Shown piece by piece: positions 41,310 to 54,529 of a DNA stretch of 64,000 nucleotides. The notes under the pieces were generated by a model. That model worked only from the letters and a program-made list of their open reading frames with translations. It did no database searches and was not told the origin of the DNA. The translations under genes were made by a program, and so were the position numbers. The stretch is from Octopus sinensis (Eukaryota): the NCBI RefSeq assembly GCF_006345805.1, contig NC_043014.1:29078001-29142000 (forward strand), given 5' to 3'. How positions within the stretch are numbered: position 1 is the first letter of the stretch; every line of letters starts with the position of its first letter.

Positions 41310-41804
41310 TATTAAACGCTAACTAGGAGACACATGCAGGAACATACTGACATAAAGTATGTATTAAACAATACACTTATAAGTGTATCTATTATACCAT
41401 GTATAATAAATGTATACCATGTACAAGTGTATTTATGTATAAGTGTATTTATTATATCTATTGAATGATTGTTTCACTCAATCTTATTCAGTAATAGCTT
41501 AAAATAAGGAAGCGATTTAGAAATAACCTGCTTGACACGAGTCGCATATTAATTTTTGATAACTAAAAAAAGCCATTTGTCAGAAGTAACATATTTGGAA
41601 TAATCAATGGTGAGAAAAAGAATGGGTTGGTTCTGGGTAACTGAAACTCTACTAAGTCTTAATCGCGAGCCATCATATTTTTTCTAGCAGGACTTCTTCT
41701 CTTCGCCAAATAGATTTTAAAACAAAGCTACAAATCATATTCTTAAAAAGAGATAATTTATGCGTTCTATAAAATCACCATGTAAAAATTCACTAAAACA
41801 AAAA

Positions 41805-41955
41805 AAATTGGTCTCAAATTTTGGCACAAAGCCAGCAATTTCGGGGAAGGGTAAGTTGATTACATCAAAAGGATGAAGGGCGAAGAAATGTAAAGATGGA
41901 CGAAATGCCGCTAAGCATTTTCCCGGTGCACTAACCATTCTACCAGCTTGTGGCT
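41805..41955 (-). mobile_element. SINE B with internal deletions
   Basis: CAAATTTTGGCACAAAGCCAGCAATTTC..GACGAAATGCCGCTAAGCATTT. Confidence 0.68.
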
Positions 41956-42251
41956 TTGTATTATATATTAGATATTGAATGATATGTGTTTAGAAAGTTC
42001 TCCTTGACAGGCATGGCAGTGCTTAATGCTTCGAAATAATTATTGTTAAAATAAACATGACAAAATCGAAATCACGAACCTTTGGTGCCATATTCCAATG
42101 TTGTTCTTCTTATACGTTACCATGACTGTAGAATTATATATATCTGTGTAGGTACGTAGATATATACGTAGATACATACATGCACAAAGGGATACTTACA
42201 CGCATTTATATTCACATATACACATTCACACACAATCAAATATGTGTATAT

Positions 42252-42290
<39 letters not shown>

Positions 42291-42293
<3 letters not shown>

Positions 42294-42938
42294 TGCATAC
42301 AAATACACATGCGCATGCGCGCGCATATATTTCAATGATTAGTTTGGGACTTCACACAACCAAACTATCAGTTAATGCTCGGTTGCTGATCTTAAAAATT
42401 ATTTTAAATTATATATTATTTTTACATATGCATCTATCTATCGGTCTATCTATCTATCATCTATTTGTTTGTCCATCAATATATACACATAAGTGCATAT
42501 ATACGCACGTGCATTACATACACACATGTATGTAGAATGTATGCAGGTATGAATATTTATAGTTCATATATACATACATATAATATATATGTATATGTAT
42601 ATGTAATGTATATATATATATATATTATATATATATATATATTAATGCATACAAATACACATGCGCATGCGCGCGCATATATTTCAATGATTAGTTTGGG
42701 ACTTCACACAACCAAACTATCAGTTAATGCTCGGTTGCTGATCTTAAAAATTATTTTAAATTATATATTATTTTTACATATGCATCTATCTATCGGTCTA
42801 TCTATCTATCATCTATTTGTTTGTCCATCAATATATACACATAAGTGCATATATACGCACGTGCATTACATACACACATGTATGTATGAATGTATGCAGG
42901 TATGAATATTTATAGTTCATATATACATACATATAATA

Positions 42939-42990
<52 letters not shown>
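42291..42990. repeat. Tandem duplication, two ~352-bp units
   Basis: TAATGCATACAAATACAC starts at 42291 and 42643; unique parts nearly identical. Confidence 0.92.
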
Positions 42991-43030
<40 letters not shown>

Positions 43031-44150
43031 CAGGGGTTGGACAAGATAATGGAAACACCTAGCATCATAGCATCATAATTTTGAAATATCTATAAAACCG
43101 TCAAAAGCTTGTTTAGTTTTAGGTTTTTTGATTTATTATAAGTGTTCTTTAATATGTTTTGCTAAAATTGCTGTTTCTCTTAAGATATCATCAGAAAAAG
43201 GTAATTAAAATTCATTAAAATGACAGATGTATCGGACTTTCAAAGAAGTCACATTGTTGGTACTCGTATGGTAGGCGCTAGCGTAATGAAAACAGCCGAA
43301 ATATTTGGTGTTTCAAGAAGTACTGTCTCGAAAGTAATGACAGCCTTTGAGAAAGAGGGAAAAACCTCCTCGTCGAAACAAAACTCCGGAAGAAAGCCAA
43401 AACTTTCAGATAGGGACCGTCGGACTCTTGTGTTAGAAAGGATCACAAAAGTACAGCTCCCAAAATTACTGCAGAGCTTAATGACCACCTCGAGAACTCA
43501 GTTTTCACGAAAACTGTTCGTCGAGAGCTGCACAAAGCCGGATTTCACAGGAGGGCAGCAATCAGAAAACCACTACTTTCGAAAACAAATGTTGCAAAGC
43601 GTTAAGAGAGAAGTAAAAACCTTCAGAATTGGTCCTTAGAGAAGTGGAAGAATGTTATTTTCTCGGATGAGTCATCCTTTATCTTATTTCCGACCACTGG
43701 CCGAGTATACGTGTGGAGACAGCCAAAAGAAACATTTGACCCAGACTGCCTTCTTCCAACTGTTAAACATGGAGGAGGATCTGTGATGATCTGGGGGGCT
43801 ATATCTTGGAAATCCGCCGACGTAATGGTTTCCCTTAATAGTCAAGACTATTTAAGCTTTTTATCTGATCCAATTCATCCTATGTTTGCGGAACTATTTC
43901 TGGAGGGAAACACAATCTTTCAGGATGATAATGCACAATTCACACACCTAAAGTTGTTACTGAATGGCACGAGGATCATTCTAGAGAAGTTGAACGTCCT
44001 ATCTGGCCACCACAGTCCCCAGATCTCAATATTATTGAACATTTATGGTGCATTTTAGAAAAAACAAGTAAGGAGTCAATACAAGAACTGGAGACTGTTT
44101 TAGCTGAAGAATGGACAAAAAATCCTTTGGAAACAATTCAAACTTTGTAT
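43031..44150 (+). mobile_element. Tc1-like transposon with decayed transposase (apparent DD36E), right end missing
   Basis: TA|CAGGGGTTGGACAAGATAATGGAAACACC left end; MTDVSDFQRSHIVG..GRKPKLS; FSDES, VKHGGGSVMIWG, FQDDNA, WPPQSPDLNIIE across frameshifts. Confidence 0.9.
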
Positions 44151-44196
44151 ATATGTATATATATTTACGTAGTATGTATGTATGTATGTATGTATG

Positions 44197-44228
<32 letters not shown>

Positions 44229-44969
44229 TGTATGTATGTAGTTTACTGTTCCATGAAATAAGATCAACAAAAACTCAGTGAGAGAGAAATATAAATTAAT
44301 GTATACAGTATAAAGACGAGACACTGATAGCTTCTTGCATTGGAGGTGCAGGTCCAAGCAAGTTTTTATAACGCACCTTGCATCTCCAGTCTTCGACCTC
44401 TGAACACAGGGTCTATTCAACTTGAAAAAATTAAAACACTGTTATGAGAGGAATCAGGAGTAAAAACGAAAAGGTAAATCCAAAATATGAAATGTTGAAT
44501 AAAAATGTTTTTTTAAAGAACTAATTTAGAAATAGCCTGATGGACAAAGGGGAACATATTAACTTTTGATGGTTAATAAGACACTTATCAGAAATAACAT
44601 ACTTGAAATAATCAATAGCAAGAAAAAGGAATGGTTTATTCCTTGTTAACTGAGATTCTTAGCTGCAGTTCCCTATGCTGTTGGTCAAATCTTGCCGAGG
44701 TCGAATTTCACTTTTATCCTTTCGAGTTCTGTAAATAAAGTACCAGTGCAGAATTGGTTGTGCTTCTTCTCTATCTTTCCATTTGTTTAACTTCGTCTCT
44801 CTTCTCTTCTGGAAGAAATCAGATGCGTTTAAACCGAGAGAAAGACGGCTTCCACCAGATCTAAAACTGTCCACAACATGCTGTGTATGCCCCGACGGCA
44901 CAACTATATCAAGAAGTCGAGGGCCCGGCGTATATGTACACATGCTGCATATAATGTATGAAAATGTCT

Positions 44970-44994
44970 GTCTGTCTATCTATCTATCTATCTG

Positions 44995-45091
<97 letters not shown>

Positions 45092-45092
45092 A
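44970..45092. repeat. (TCTA)n microsatellite
   Basis: Direct reading. Confidence 0.95.
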
Positions 45093-45094
45093 TA

Positions 45095-45312
45095 CGAGGG
45101 AATGCTGAAAATTTCCTGGCTTTAAGGATATCGCGAAAAGCCTGGTTTGGAGGACCAAACTTCCGAGTTCTTTTACAGGGCTTAGAAAAACTGAAGGACC
45201 GCTGCAATAAGTGTGTGAATCTGATAGAGGAGTATGTTGAATAAAATGACAATAAACTGAACTTCCTGTATTTTCTTTTATCCGAAGCCAAGAACTTTTC
45301 AGCACCTCCTCG
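45095..45312 (+). mobile_element. Mariner-derived MITE, copy 1
   Basis: 28-bp TIRs (23/28) CGAGGGAATGCTGAAAATTTCCTGGCTT / AAGCCAAGAACTTTTCAGCACCTCCTCG, TA flanks, retains mariner C-terminus GLEKLKDRCNKCVNL..EYVE*. Confidence 0.88.
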
Positions 45313-45817
45313 TACATATGGATTCATAGAATCACGTGGTTATTACAGAAACGTTGGTGTAACCATGATGGGCCAGCTTTATTTTTCTGCACTAATGGGT
45401 GAATATATAACTGTATTGTATAATGCGTAGCATGTATATTAATGCAAAGATATAAGATAATTTATTATGCACTGAAACTATTATAACCCGCAGAAGGCTG
45501 CGAAACGGACGTAATCCTAAGGATGACTAGTGGTTATATCTGACTTTTTACGGTTTATATCCATGTGTGTGTGTGTGTGTGTGTGTGTTTACTGTTCCGC
45601 GATGGTAAGATCAACAGAAGAGTACGAGATCTGATGAGAGATAAATATTCTTTAGTAAACACAGTGCATATTTTTATGAGCTAATATTAGTTTCCTGCTA
45701 TGAAAACATCTCAAGAAACATTTTTTAACACTTCTCGTGTCTCCGAGTTTGGCGTGAAGACCCAGACGTGTTAAAAATGCTGCCTCAGCTGTTTTCGTCG
45801 CAGGAAAAATGCTATGT

Positions 45818-45872
<55 letters not shown>

Positions 45873-46304
45873 CATATATCCCACGCGCATGCGCACACAC
45901 ACAGACACACGTATTCATATATATATATATATAAATCTATATATATATATATATATATAATATATATATATATATAGTATATATATAATATATATATAAA
46001 TAATATATATATATATATGTATATATATCGTATTGTATATATATAGTATATATCTAATATATATATATATATATATATAGTATAATATATATATATATAT
46101 ATCAAATTAACTGACATTCCTCCTCCATCGTTGGTGGAAGACGCCATTCTTGTTTCCTAAATTTTTTTCCTAGAACTATTTTGGCTTAGAAGTATTTTGA
46201 CTTCTATTTTTAATGAATCAGGTGCTTGTGTAGTACCCTAGTATATATATATAAATACTATCAGAGATACCCGGCGTTGCTCGGGATTAAAATGGCTTAG
46301 TTTT

Positions 46305-46650
46305 TCTATTGTTTTACTTGTTTCAGTCACGTGACTGCGGCCAGGATTTATTCTTTGTAAGCCTAGTACTTATTCTATCGGTGTGTTTTGCCAAACGGAT
46401 AAGTTACGGGACGTCAAAACAGCATCATCGGCTGTCAAGCGATGATTGGGGTACAAACACAAACACACACACTTACACACACAAATATACACATATATAC
46501 GTCAGGCTTCTTTCAGTTTCCGTGTACGAAATCCACTGAGGCTATAGTATGCTGGAGCACCACCTTTAGTCGTGCAAATCGACCCTAGGACTTATTCTTT
46601 GTAAGCCTAGTACTCATTCTATCAGTAGATGATGGAGGTACAAACACATA
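46305..46650 (-). mobile_element. SINE A, rearranged fragments
   Basis: TTACTTGTTTCAGTCA..CTTTGTAAGCCTAGTACTTATTCTATCGG..; a second partial tail at 46550-46625. Confidence 0.7.
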
Positions 46651-46703
46651 CACAAACATATATACACACGCACACACATACATATATATATATAAATAAA
46701 TTA

Positions 46704-46734
<31 letters not shown>

Positions 46735-46760
46735 TAATATATATATATATATATATATTA

Positions 46761-47150
46761 GGCGCAGGAGTGGCTGTGTGGTAAGTAGCTTGCTAACGAA
46801 CCACATGGTTCCGGGTTCAGTCCCACTGCGTGGCATCTTGGGCAAGTGTCTTCTGCTATAGCTCCGGGCCGACCAATGCCTTGTGAGTGGATTTGGTAGA
46901 CGGAAACTGAAAGAAGCTTGCCGTGTATATGTATATATATGTATGTGTGTGTGTATGTTTGTGTGTCTGTGTTTGTCCCCCTAGCATTGCTAGGGGGATG
47001 CTGGTGTGTTTATGTCCCCGTTACTTAGCGGTTCGGCAAAAGAGACCGATAGAAAAAGTACTGGGCTTACAAAGAATACTAAAGACGGTGCTCCAGCATG
47101 GCCGCAGTCAAATGACTGAAACAATTAAAGGAGTAAAACAGTAAAAGGGT
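46761..47150 (+). mobile_element. SINE A with small internal deletions
   Basis: GGCGCAGGAGTGGCTGTGTGG head; GCTCCAGCATGGCCGCAGTCAAATGACTGAAAC tail. Confidence 0.88.
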
Positions 47151-47183
47151 ATATATATACGACGTCTACCAAATTCGCTCACA

Positions 47184-47458
47184 TGGCTTTGGTGTTGGAG
47201 AAGACTTTTACGGATTCCATGGACAGCGAGGCTCACCAATGGAGAAGTTCTTAAGCAGATCAGGCCGAAAATGTCGCTAGAAGCTAGGATCACCAAGCAT
47301 AGATTGGCATATTTCGGTTATATTATGCGGAGAAAATCCTTGGAGAAGGACATCATGCTCGGAATGGTCAGTGGCAAGAGAGGAAGAGGCCGACCGACCA
47401 GAACCCCTGGCTTGACACCATCAAGAGTGATACCGGAATGGACATAGCCAATCTACAA
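47184..47458 (+). pseudogene. RTE-clade (BovB-like) LINE ORF C-terminal fragment
   Basis: WLWCWRRLLRIPWTARLTNGEVLKQI..LAYFGYIMRRKSLEKDIMLGMVSGKRGRGRP, then after a frameshift WLDTIKSDTG. Confidence 0.85.
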
Positions 47459-47470
47459 ATATATACATCT

Positions 47471-47518
<48 letters not shown>

Positions 47519-48131
47519 TATATATTATATATATATATATTTATATACATGTACATCTATATATATACGTCTATATATACATTTATATATATACATATAT
47601 ACGGGAAATGTTGATGAACGTTTTAACCACACAACAATTTAAGCCAAATTTCGTTAATCAGTTAATCAGGGATCATTTTACGCTTTGTTTGAGTGGCCTA
47701 GGTAAAAATTTATTTCCCATCCTTAGCGCATATTCCATCTGTGTATAAAATTTCAAGAAAATCAGTTGAAAACTTTAAAAGTTATAGCAGAAAATGACAT
47801 TCATATGAAAATTTGCATTGAAATGTCCTATTGATTTAATCAATGCTGATTAAAGGTTATCGATTTTTTTTTTTGAAATTCCAAGTGCTTAAGTGACCGC
47901 ATGAGCATAAGCCCCCCCACACGTGTCACGTTTCATGAAGATCGGTTGGATTGTCTCGGACTAGTTAAAGTAACAAATTCACAAATTCACGCACACACAG
48001 AGCCAGAAACAGACAGAAATTGCCATTTAAGTATATAGACATTTAAATATATTATATATAATTATCAATTTGCGTACACCGGTTTTCCGCTCGCGGCGAC
48101 TATTGTTATTAATTTTGGAAATAATATCGTT

Positions 48132-48166
<35 letters not shown>

Positions 48167-49050
48167 AAGTATGGACCAAAATCCTTCAAAGGGATATTTG
48201 TTCCTTTCTGGGCTATTATAGGTCTTATATTTTTGTTGGTTGAACCCATTCATTCCAATAATGAATTCCTGAAGAAAAGCCTAATTTGTGAATTCAAAAG
48301 GATTAATTTTTCGTTTTGTTTTGGAATTAGTTAGGCTTGGAAACAACTCGTAGAATCTTTATTGGATTTTTACAACTTTGTATTAAAAGATCGTCTACGC
48401 TTGTATTTTCTCCTTTCTTTATACTTTACACATTTGACTGAGGCCATGCTGGAGCATATGTATATGAATATATATATATGTGTGTGTGTTTGTGTGTATG
48501 TGTGTGTGTGTGTGTGTCTGTGTGTTTGTTTCTTTGTGTGTGTGTGTGTGTGTGTGTGGTTGTGTGACTGAAGAATATATGGGGGTTGATTAGTTCATGA
48601 CAGAATGATATATATTTCAGTGCATAATTATTGCTTCTTGCTCTGTAAGACATTCTCTGAAGAGCATAAGTGTAGCTTTGAGTAGATTAACTATAGTGCA
48701 TAATATCCATATTTGCTTTGTTGATTCCTTCGTCCTTGGCAGGAAGTGAACTTGGAAGGCACAAGTTTCCGTATTTTGGCTGAGGTAACCAATTGTAACA
48801 ATCTTAGAATTCAACTGGTCTTTTACCGTGGATGAATAGCAAAGCTGACCGAGGGTTTTAATATTAATTTTTATGCACAGACACAATAAAAAAATAATGT
48901 AGATGTTGGGTGCAAATGATTGAATTAATCTAAAAGAAAGTCCTCTTGATCGTTGATCCTGTTACAGAGTGTAGCCAAGTCACTTTTGGAACAAAACCCT
49001 ATCTTATAAGGAATCACTGAGTACTATAGTCCATGCTAAACTATATATAG

Positions 49051-49259
49051 TGGCACTCCGTCGGTTAAGAAACGTGTACTCTTAACGTAGTTCTCCGGGA
49101 GATTCAGCATGACACAGAGTGACAAGAATGGTCTTTTGAAATACAGGTACTACTCATTTTGGCCAGCTTAATGGACTGGAGCAACGTGAAATAAAGTGTC
49201 TTACTTAAAGACACAATACTTTTGAGCCGAATACTCTAACCACTAAGCCACGCACCTTC
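49051..49259 (-). mobile_element. tRNA-headed SINE family D (internally deleted), sharing its 3' region with SINE C
   Basis: Reverse complement: A-box TGGCTTAGTGG; TACCTGTATTTCAAA..TTGTCACTCTGTGTCA.GCTGAAT.TCCC..GAGAACTACGTTAAG.GTACACGT..AACCGACGGAGTGC. Confidence 0.78.
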
Positions 49260-49368
49260 CCAATTTAAACTATATATGATACTAATCCTGAAATACGTTT
49301 TATAAGTCTACTCGATCAGGGCTGATGTGTGGATAAGTACCAACAACAAGAACAACAGTAACTGGTTA

Positions 49369-49645
49369 CTCTTTTACTCTTTTACTTGTTTCAGTCATTT
49401 GACTGCGGCCATGCTGGAGCACCGCCTTTAGTCGAGCAAGTCGACCCCAAGACTTATTCTTTGTAAGCCTAGTACTGATTCTATCGGTCTCTTTTGCCGA
49501 ACCGCTAAGTTACGGGGATGTAAATACACCAGCATCGATTGTCAAGTGATGTTGGGGGGACAAACACAGACACACACACACACACACACACATGCACACA
49601 CACTATATATATATATATATACACACACATACACACATATATATC

Positions 49646-49684
<39 letters not shown>

Positions 49685-49840
49685 GACGGGCTTCTTTCAG
49701 TTTCCGCCTACCAAATCCATTCACAAGGCTTTGGTCGGCCCAAGGCTTTAGTAGAAGACACTTTCCAAAGTGCCACGTAGTGGGACTGAACCGGGAACCA
49801 TGTGGTTCGTAAGCAAGCTACTTACCACACAGCTACTCAT
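49369..49840 (-). mobile_element. SINE A, full length
   Basis: Reverse complement of the consensus with internal (CA)(TA) tract. Confidence 0.88.
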
Positions 49841-50486
49841 GTGGTTCTAAATTTATCCACTCATTTTGCAATTTAGAAAAAAAAACGCAGTTTTCTCGCG
49901 TAGGTATAGAGCTTTGAACACATATTATTATCTAAGTCATCTGTCGGTTAGGGCTAATCATGTTTTGCCCAGACTTCATAAGTTCGTCTCCTGGAAGCAG
50001 GAGGTCAGGGGCAAGGTTTCTCTAAGGAAAAACTAATGATTGTCCGTACATGCAACTATCTGTTCTATGCATTGACGGTGTTGCCTTGCAGAAAGACATC
50101 GGTGAGTATAACTTAGAATCAATGCTCTTTCAGTCGTACTCGGAAGGCAAATACCTCAAGGCACTTCGCTCAACAGAGACAAGCCTGCCAGTTACCCAAA
50201 TTGGAATGCCACACGAAATATTACTGTGTGTTAAAAGTGTTTTCTGATATCGACACAAGGACATAAAAGTTTATGAACAAATGACTTGTGTGTGCGTGTG
50301 TGTATCCGGTAGTTCCCACCAAAAAGCTCCTTAATGTATTGTTCTACAAAAAGATTTTTGCCATTAATGTAGGCATGTATGTAATTTATTCATTATTATA
50401 TGAATCTTCTTTACATACTTTCAGTAACAAAACAATTTATCATGCTATTTCTTTCGTCGTTTATAACTATATATGTATATATATAT

Positions 50487-50582
<96 letters not shown>

Positions 50583-50834
50583 TATATATATACATACATA
50601 TATATACGTGTGTGTGTATTTGAAAGTCCATGAGAATTACTTAATACAGATTTTGAAGTGTAAAGTGATATTTAAAAGAATTTTTTAAAAATTGTTATGA
50701 TCTTTTATGAAGATGTTACTAACTTTTTGGGGGAAGTTTTTCCTAGTGTGTGAGCGCTTTCGTTTAACCTTTCAAACACACGTGCTCTTAAAGAGGAACT
50801 TGTTATATATATATAAATATACATACATATATAT

Positions 50835-50868
<34 letters not shown>

Positions 50869-50936
50869 GATAATATATATATATATATTATATATTACAT
50901 ATGTATATATATGTATACATATCAATATACGTATAC

Positions 50937-50967
<31 letters not shown>

Positions 50968-51098
50968 ATATATATCTATATATATATATACACACACATA
51001 TATATATATAGAAAGAGTTAGATAGATAGATAGAGAGAGATACTTACATTTATGTATATATTTATACATAAATATACATATATATATGCATATATATA

Positions 51099-51179
<81 letters not shown>

Positions 51180-51447
51180 TATATATATACATACAGATTA
51201 TATATACATATACATACCTATATACATATAATGCATGCATATATATATATAGATATATGTACATGCCCATGAGTTCATCTATATTTCTGTAGATGGAATT
51301 ATGTATAACATATGTAACATGTGCAAATACGTACACACAGGTACACATATGTATGTACGTATGTATGTATGTATGTATGTATGTACGTATGTATGTATGT
51401 ATGTATGTATGTATGTATGTATGTATGTATGTATGTATGTATGTATG

Positions 51448-52730
51448 TTATACGTTCAGATTTGTATTTTCTGTTTTATGTATGTACTCTCATGCATATA
51501 ATTGCATGTCTAGACATGCTCATGTATATTTAAATGATAAACTTCCGGTAAGTTTTACAGATTTTTACAGTTCCAGTGATGGCTTGAATCAGTAGTCTTC
51601 CAATCAGCTTTCTCCTTTCTGACTTAGAGAAGCCTAATTTCTCAAGATAGGTATTTAGGCAGTGTGTTACATATCTCAGTGCTCCAGTAATTACAGGTAT
51701 AAACCTGAGCTTGTAATCTGAATAGAATTACTGCAGATTTCTCAATTGTTCTGCGTAGGTATTCGCTTTTTTGCTGATCTTTAGCTTCATGTTAGCATCC
51801 GCTGGGCAGATGATTTCCACGACACAATTTCTCCTCTCTATCCCAAATCATTATATCAGGTGTGTTGTGTTCACATTTTATTGAGGTCTTCACTGGGACA
51901 TTCCAACAGTATTCCTTTTTATCATGAGTGGTTATGGCTTCTACCATACTGTGAGTTCTTATTTCTTTGTCTTCGGGGTTATCCATTCGACGGATGTCAT
52001 TATACAATGTCCTAGCTTCAACATCATGTCTCATCGGTAGATAGTACCGTGATGTCATTTTTGGGCAACTGCATATGATGTGGGTGATATCTTCGGTGTT
52101 AATTCCACAAAGTCTGCATCGGTTGTCACATTTTATTGCTTTTCCTGCACCTGTATCCCTTTTGTGCATCAGGTATTTGGTAGATATTTTCTTTTCCTGG
52201 ATTTCAAGCGCATATCCTTCGGAGTAGATTGTAGTAATCTGGTTGTTGATCCATGATAGATTGCTTTAGTGATCAAAATACTATCATCCCAGAGATTTAG
52301 ACTAACATATCCATGCATGTTCTTCTGCTGATATACGCTCATCCTTTCATCTGATAATACATTGCGGTAGAGTTGTACGACTTCTTTGGACATGTATTTA
52401 AGGAATGCTACTCAAAGAGCTGCTTTCCAGGTCTCATATTGCTATCAGCTTCATGTATGCAAACTTGGTCAAATGATGCACTTCGTCACTTAGTGGTTAA
52501 TAGATGCTGCCGAGGGGACATGATACGGCAGCTAATGGCAGTCTGGATCGATGTTAAGCCGTTGCCACCTTCTTTTCCTTTTAGGCAGAGGCGGTTGACA
52601 TTACTATTGATGTGAAAATTATGTGTGCTGGTTAGTTCTTCTGGATTTTCCCATGAATATATTGGATCTCAACAAGCGTCTCATCAAGCAGCTCAAATCT
52701 TGGTATGAGTACTGGCACTGAAAACAGACT
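51448..52730 (-). mobile_element. 5'-truncated R4/Dong-type non-LTR retrotransposon (RT end, CCHC, RLE, 3' UTR)
   Basis: RLCLKGKEGGNGL; CRLCGINTEDITHIICSC..RHD; PDIMIWDREEK..; FIPVITGAL; stop at 51530-51532; (CATA)n on both sides. Confidence 0.85.
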
Positions 52731-52870
52731 ATGTATGTACGTATGTATGTATGTATGTATATATGTATGTAAGTATGTATGTATGTAAGTATGTATGTAT
52801 GTTTGCATGTATGTATGTATGTATGTATGTATGTATGTATGTATGTATCTATCTATCTATCTATCTATAT

Positions 52871-53390
52871 ATGTTCTCTTTTTTAAAAATTTAGATTAAA
52901 CTTTGACCGGCCACCTACTTAGTAGCAGGGTTATGAGGGAAAGCACATTGTTTTGTTGATTATCCTTTAAATTTCAAGGTTTCACAGGTTTTGTAGTCCC
53001 GATATAGTGATAGTTTGTAGTGAATGAATTAAGGATTTTCAAATCTTTTATCAACATTCCATGGATGTTCACTTTGTCTCGTATTTTTCAAGCCACATTG
53101 GTGACCGGTGGGCAGCTGATTTCCACAACAGAACATATCTTTTCATTGTAGTTCCCTACAACAATATCTGGCTGGTTGTGCTTTAACTCTTTTGACTTTT
53201 AATTTACAAGTTCCATTAGTATTCTTTTGAATATGTTCAACTACGTTTGTAGGTATTTCTCATTCTTCTTATCTTGTTCCAGACCGTTTTAGTCACCACA
53301 GTATGCCTTATGGAAACATAATACCTGGAACACGTTCTTTCACATTTGGCCATAAAGTGGTGTGATACGTTCAATCTTGGTTTTATTTAG
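52871..53390 (-). mobile_element. R4/Dong-type RLE-region fragment, second subfamily
   Basis: HNQPDIVVG..EKICSVVEISCP remnant; 3' region homologous to 54550-54750. Confidence 0.68.
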
Positions 53391-54112
53391 GCAGGGCACC
53401 AATAATTATAGGTATAAACCTGAACTTGAAATCTGGATAGAGTAAGCAGCAGATTTCTCAATAGTTCTGCGTAGATATTCTCTTTTTCACCGATTATGCA
53501 AACATCCGCTAGGCAGCTAATTTCCACAACTGTACATTTTCTCTTCTCTATCCCAAATCATTATATTAGGTCTATTGTGCTCACATTATATTGGGACATT
53601 CTACCAGTGGTCCTTTTTATTGAGTGGTTATGACTTCTACCATTCTGTGGGTTCTTATTTCTTTGTCCTCTAGGGTAATCCTTCCGACGAATTTCATTAT
53701 AGAGTTTCCTACAACATCATATCTCATCGGTAGATAATATCGTGATGAAATTTTCAGACAACTGCTTATGATGGGGGTGATATCTTCAGTGTTAACTCCA
53801 CAAAGTCGGCATCGATTGTCACACTTCACCACTTTTCCTGCATCTTTACCCATTTTGTACATCAGGTATTTAGTTGATATTTCTTGTTCCTGGATGCAAA
53901 CGCATACCCTTCAAAGTAGGAGGTAGTAATCCGGTTATTGGTCCATGATACATTGCTTTGAGGATCAATATTACCATCACCTCGGAGCTTTCTACCAACA
54001 TATCCATGCATAATCTTCTGCTCATATAGGCTCATCCTTTCATCTGATGATATGTTGCGGTAGAGCCCTGCGACTTCTTTGGGCATGTATTCTAAGTTAT
54101 CAGACAAAGAGT
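53391..54112 (-). mobile_element. R4/Dong-type fragment, same subfamily as 51448-52730
   Basis: CRLCGVNTEDITPIISSC..RYD; RPNIMIWDREEK; VEISC; FIPIIIGAL; 5' end abuts (CATA)n. Confidence 0.83.
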
Positions 54113-54529
54113 GCATGTATGCATGTATATATGTATGTATGTATATATGTACGTATATATGTATGTATGTATATATGTATGTATGTATGTATATATGTAT
54201 GTATGTATGCATGTATGTATGTATGTATGCATGCATGTATGTATGTATGTATGTATTATGTATGTATGTATGTATGTATGTATGTATGTATGTATGTATG
54301 TATGTATGTATGTGTGTATGTATGTGTGTATGTGTGTGTATGCATGTATATGTATATGCAAGCACGTATTTATGCATGCACTCACATATGTATGCATGTA
54401 TGCATGTATGTCTGTATGAATGCATGTTTTCACGTATTTATGTATGTATGCATGCATGCATGTATGTACGAATACATGTATATATGCCTGCATGTATTTA
54501 TGTGTGTATACGTATGTGTGTTCGTATGT

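Larger units (their letters stand above)
46257..48040 (-). mobile_element. Probable non-autonomous Helitron with nested SINE/RTE/microsatellite insertions
   Basis: Minus strand: 5' ~TCTATATAC..GGCAATTTCTGTCTG at 48040; 3' GC hairpin CCCGAGCAACGCCGGG (46270-46285) followed by ATAG|T (CTAG-like); body 47600-48040 has GATCGGTTG motifs. Confidence 0.55.

Noticed and set aside
44241-45665. Short paralogous pair GTTTACTGTTCC..AAGATCAACA (44241-44308, 45587-45665)
   Set aside because: Too short and diverged to classify; probably remnants of a common repeat
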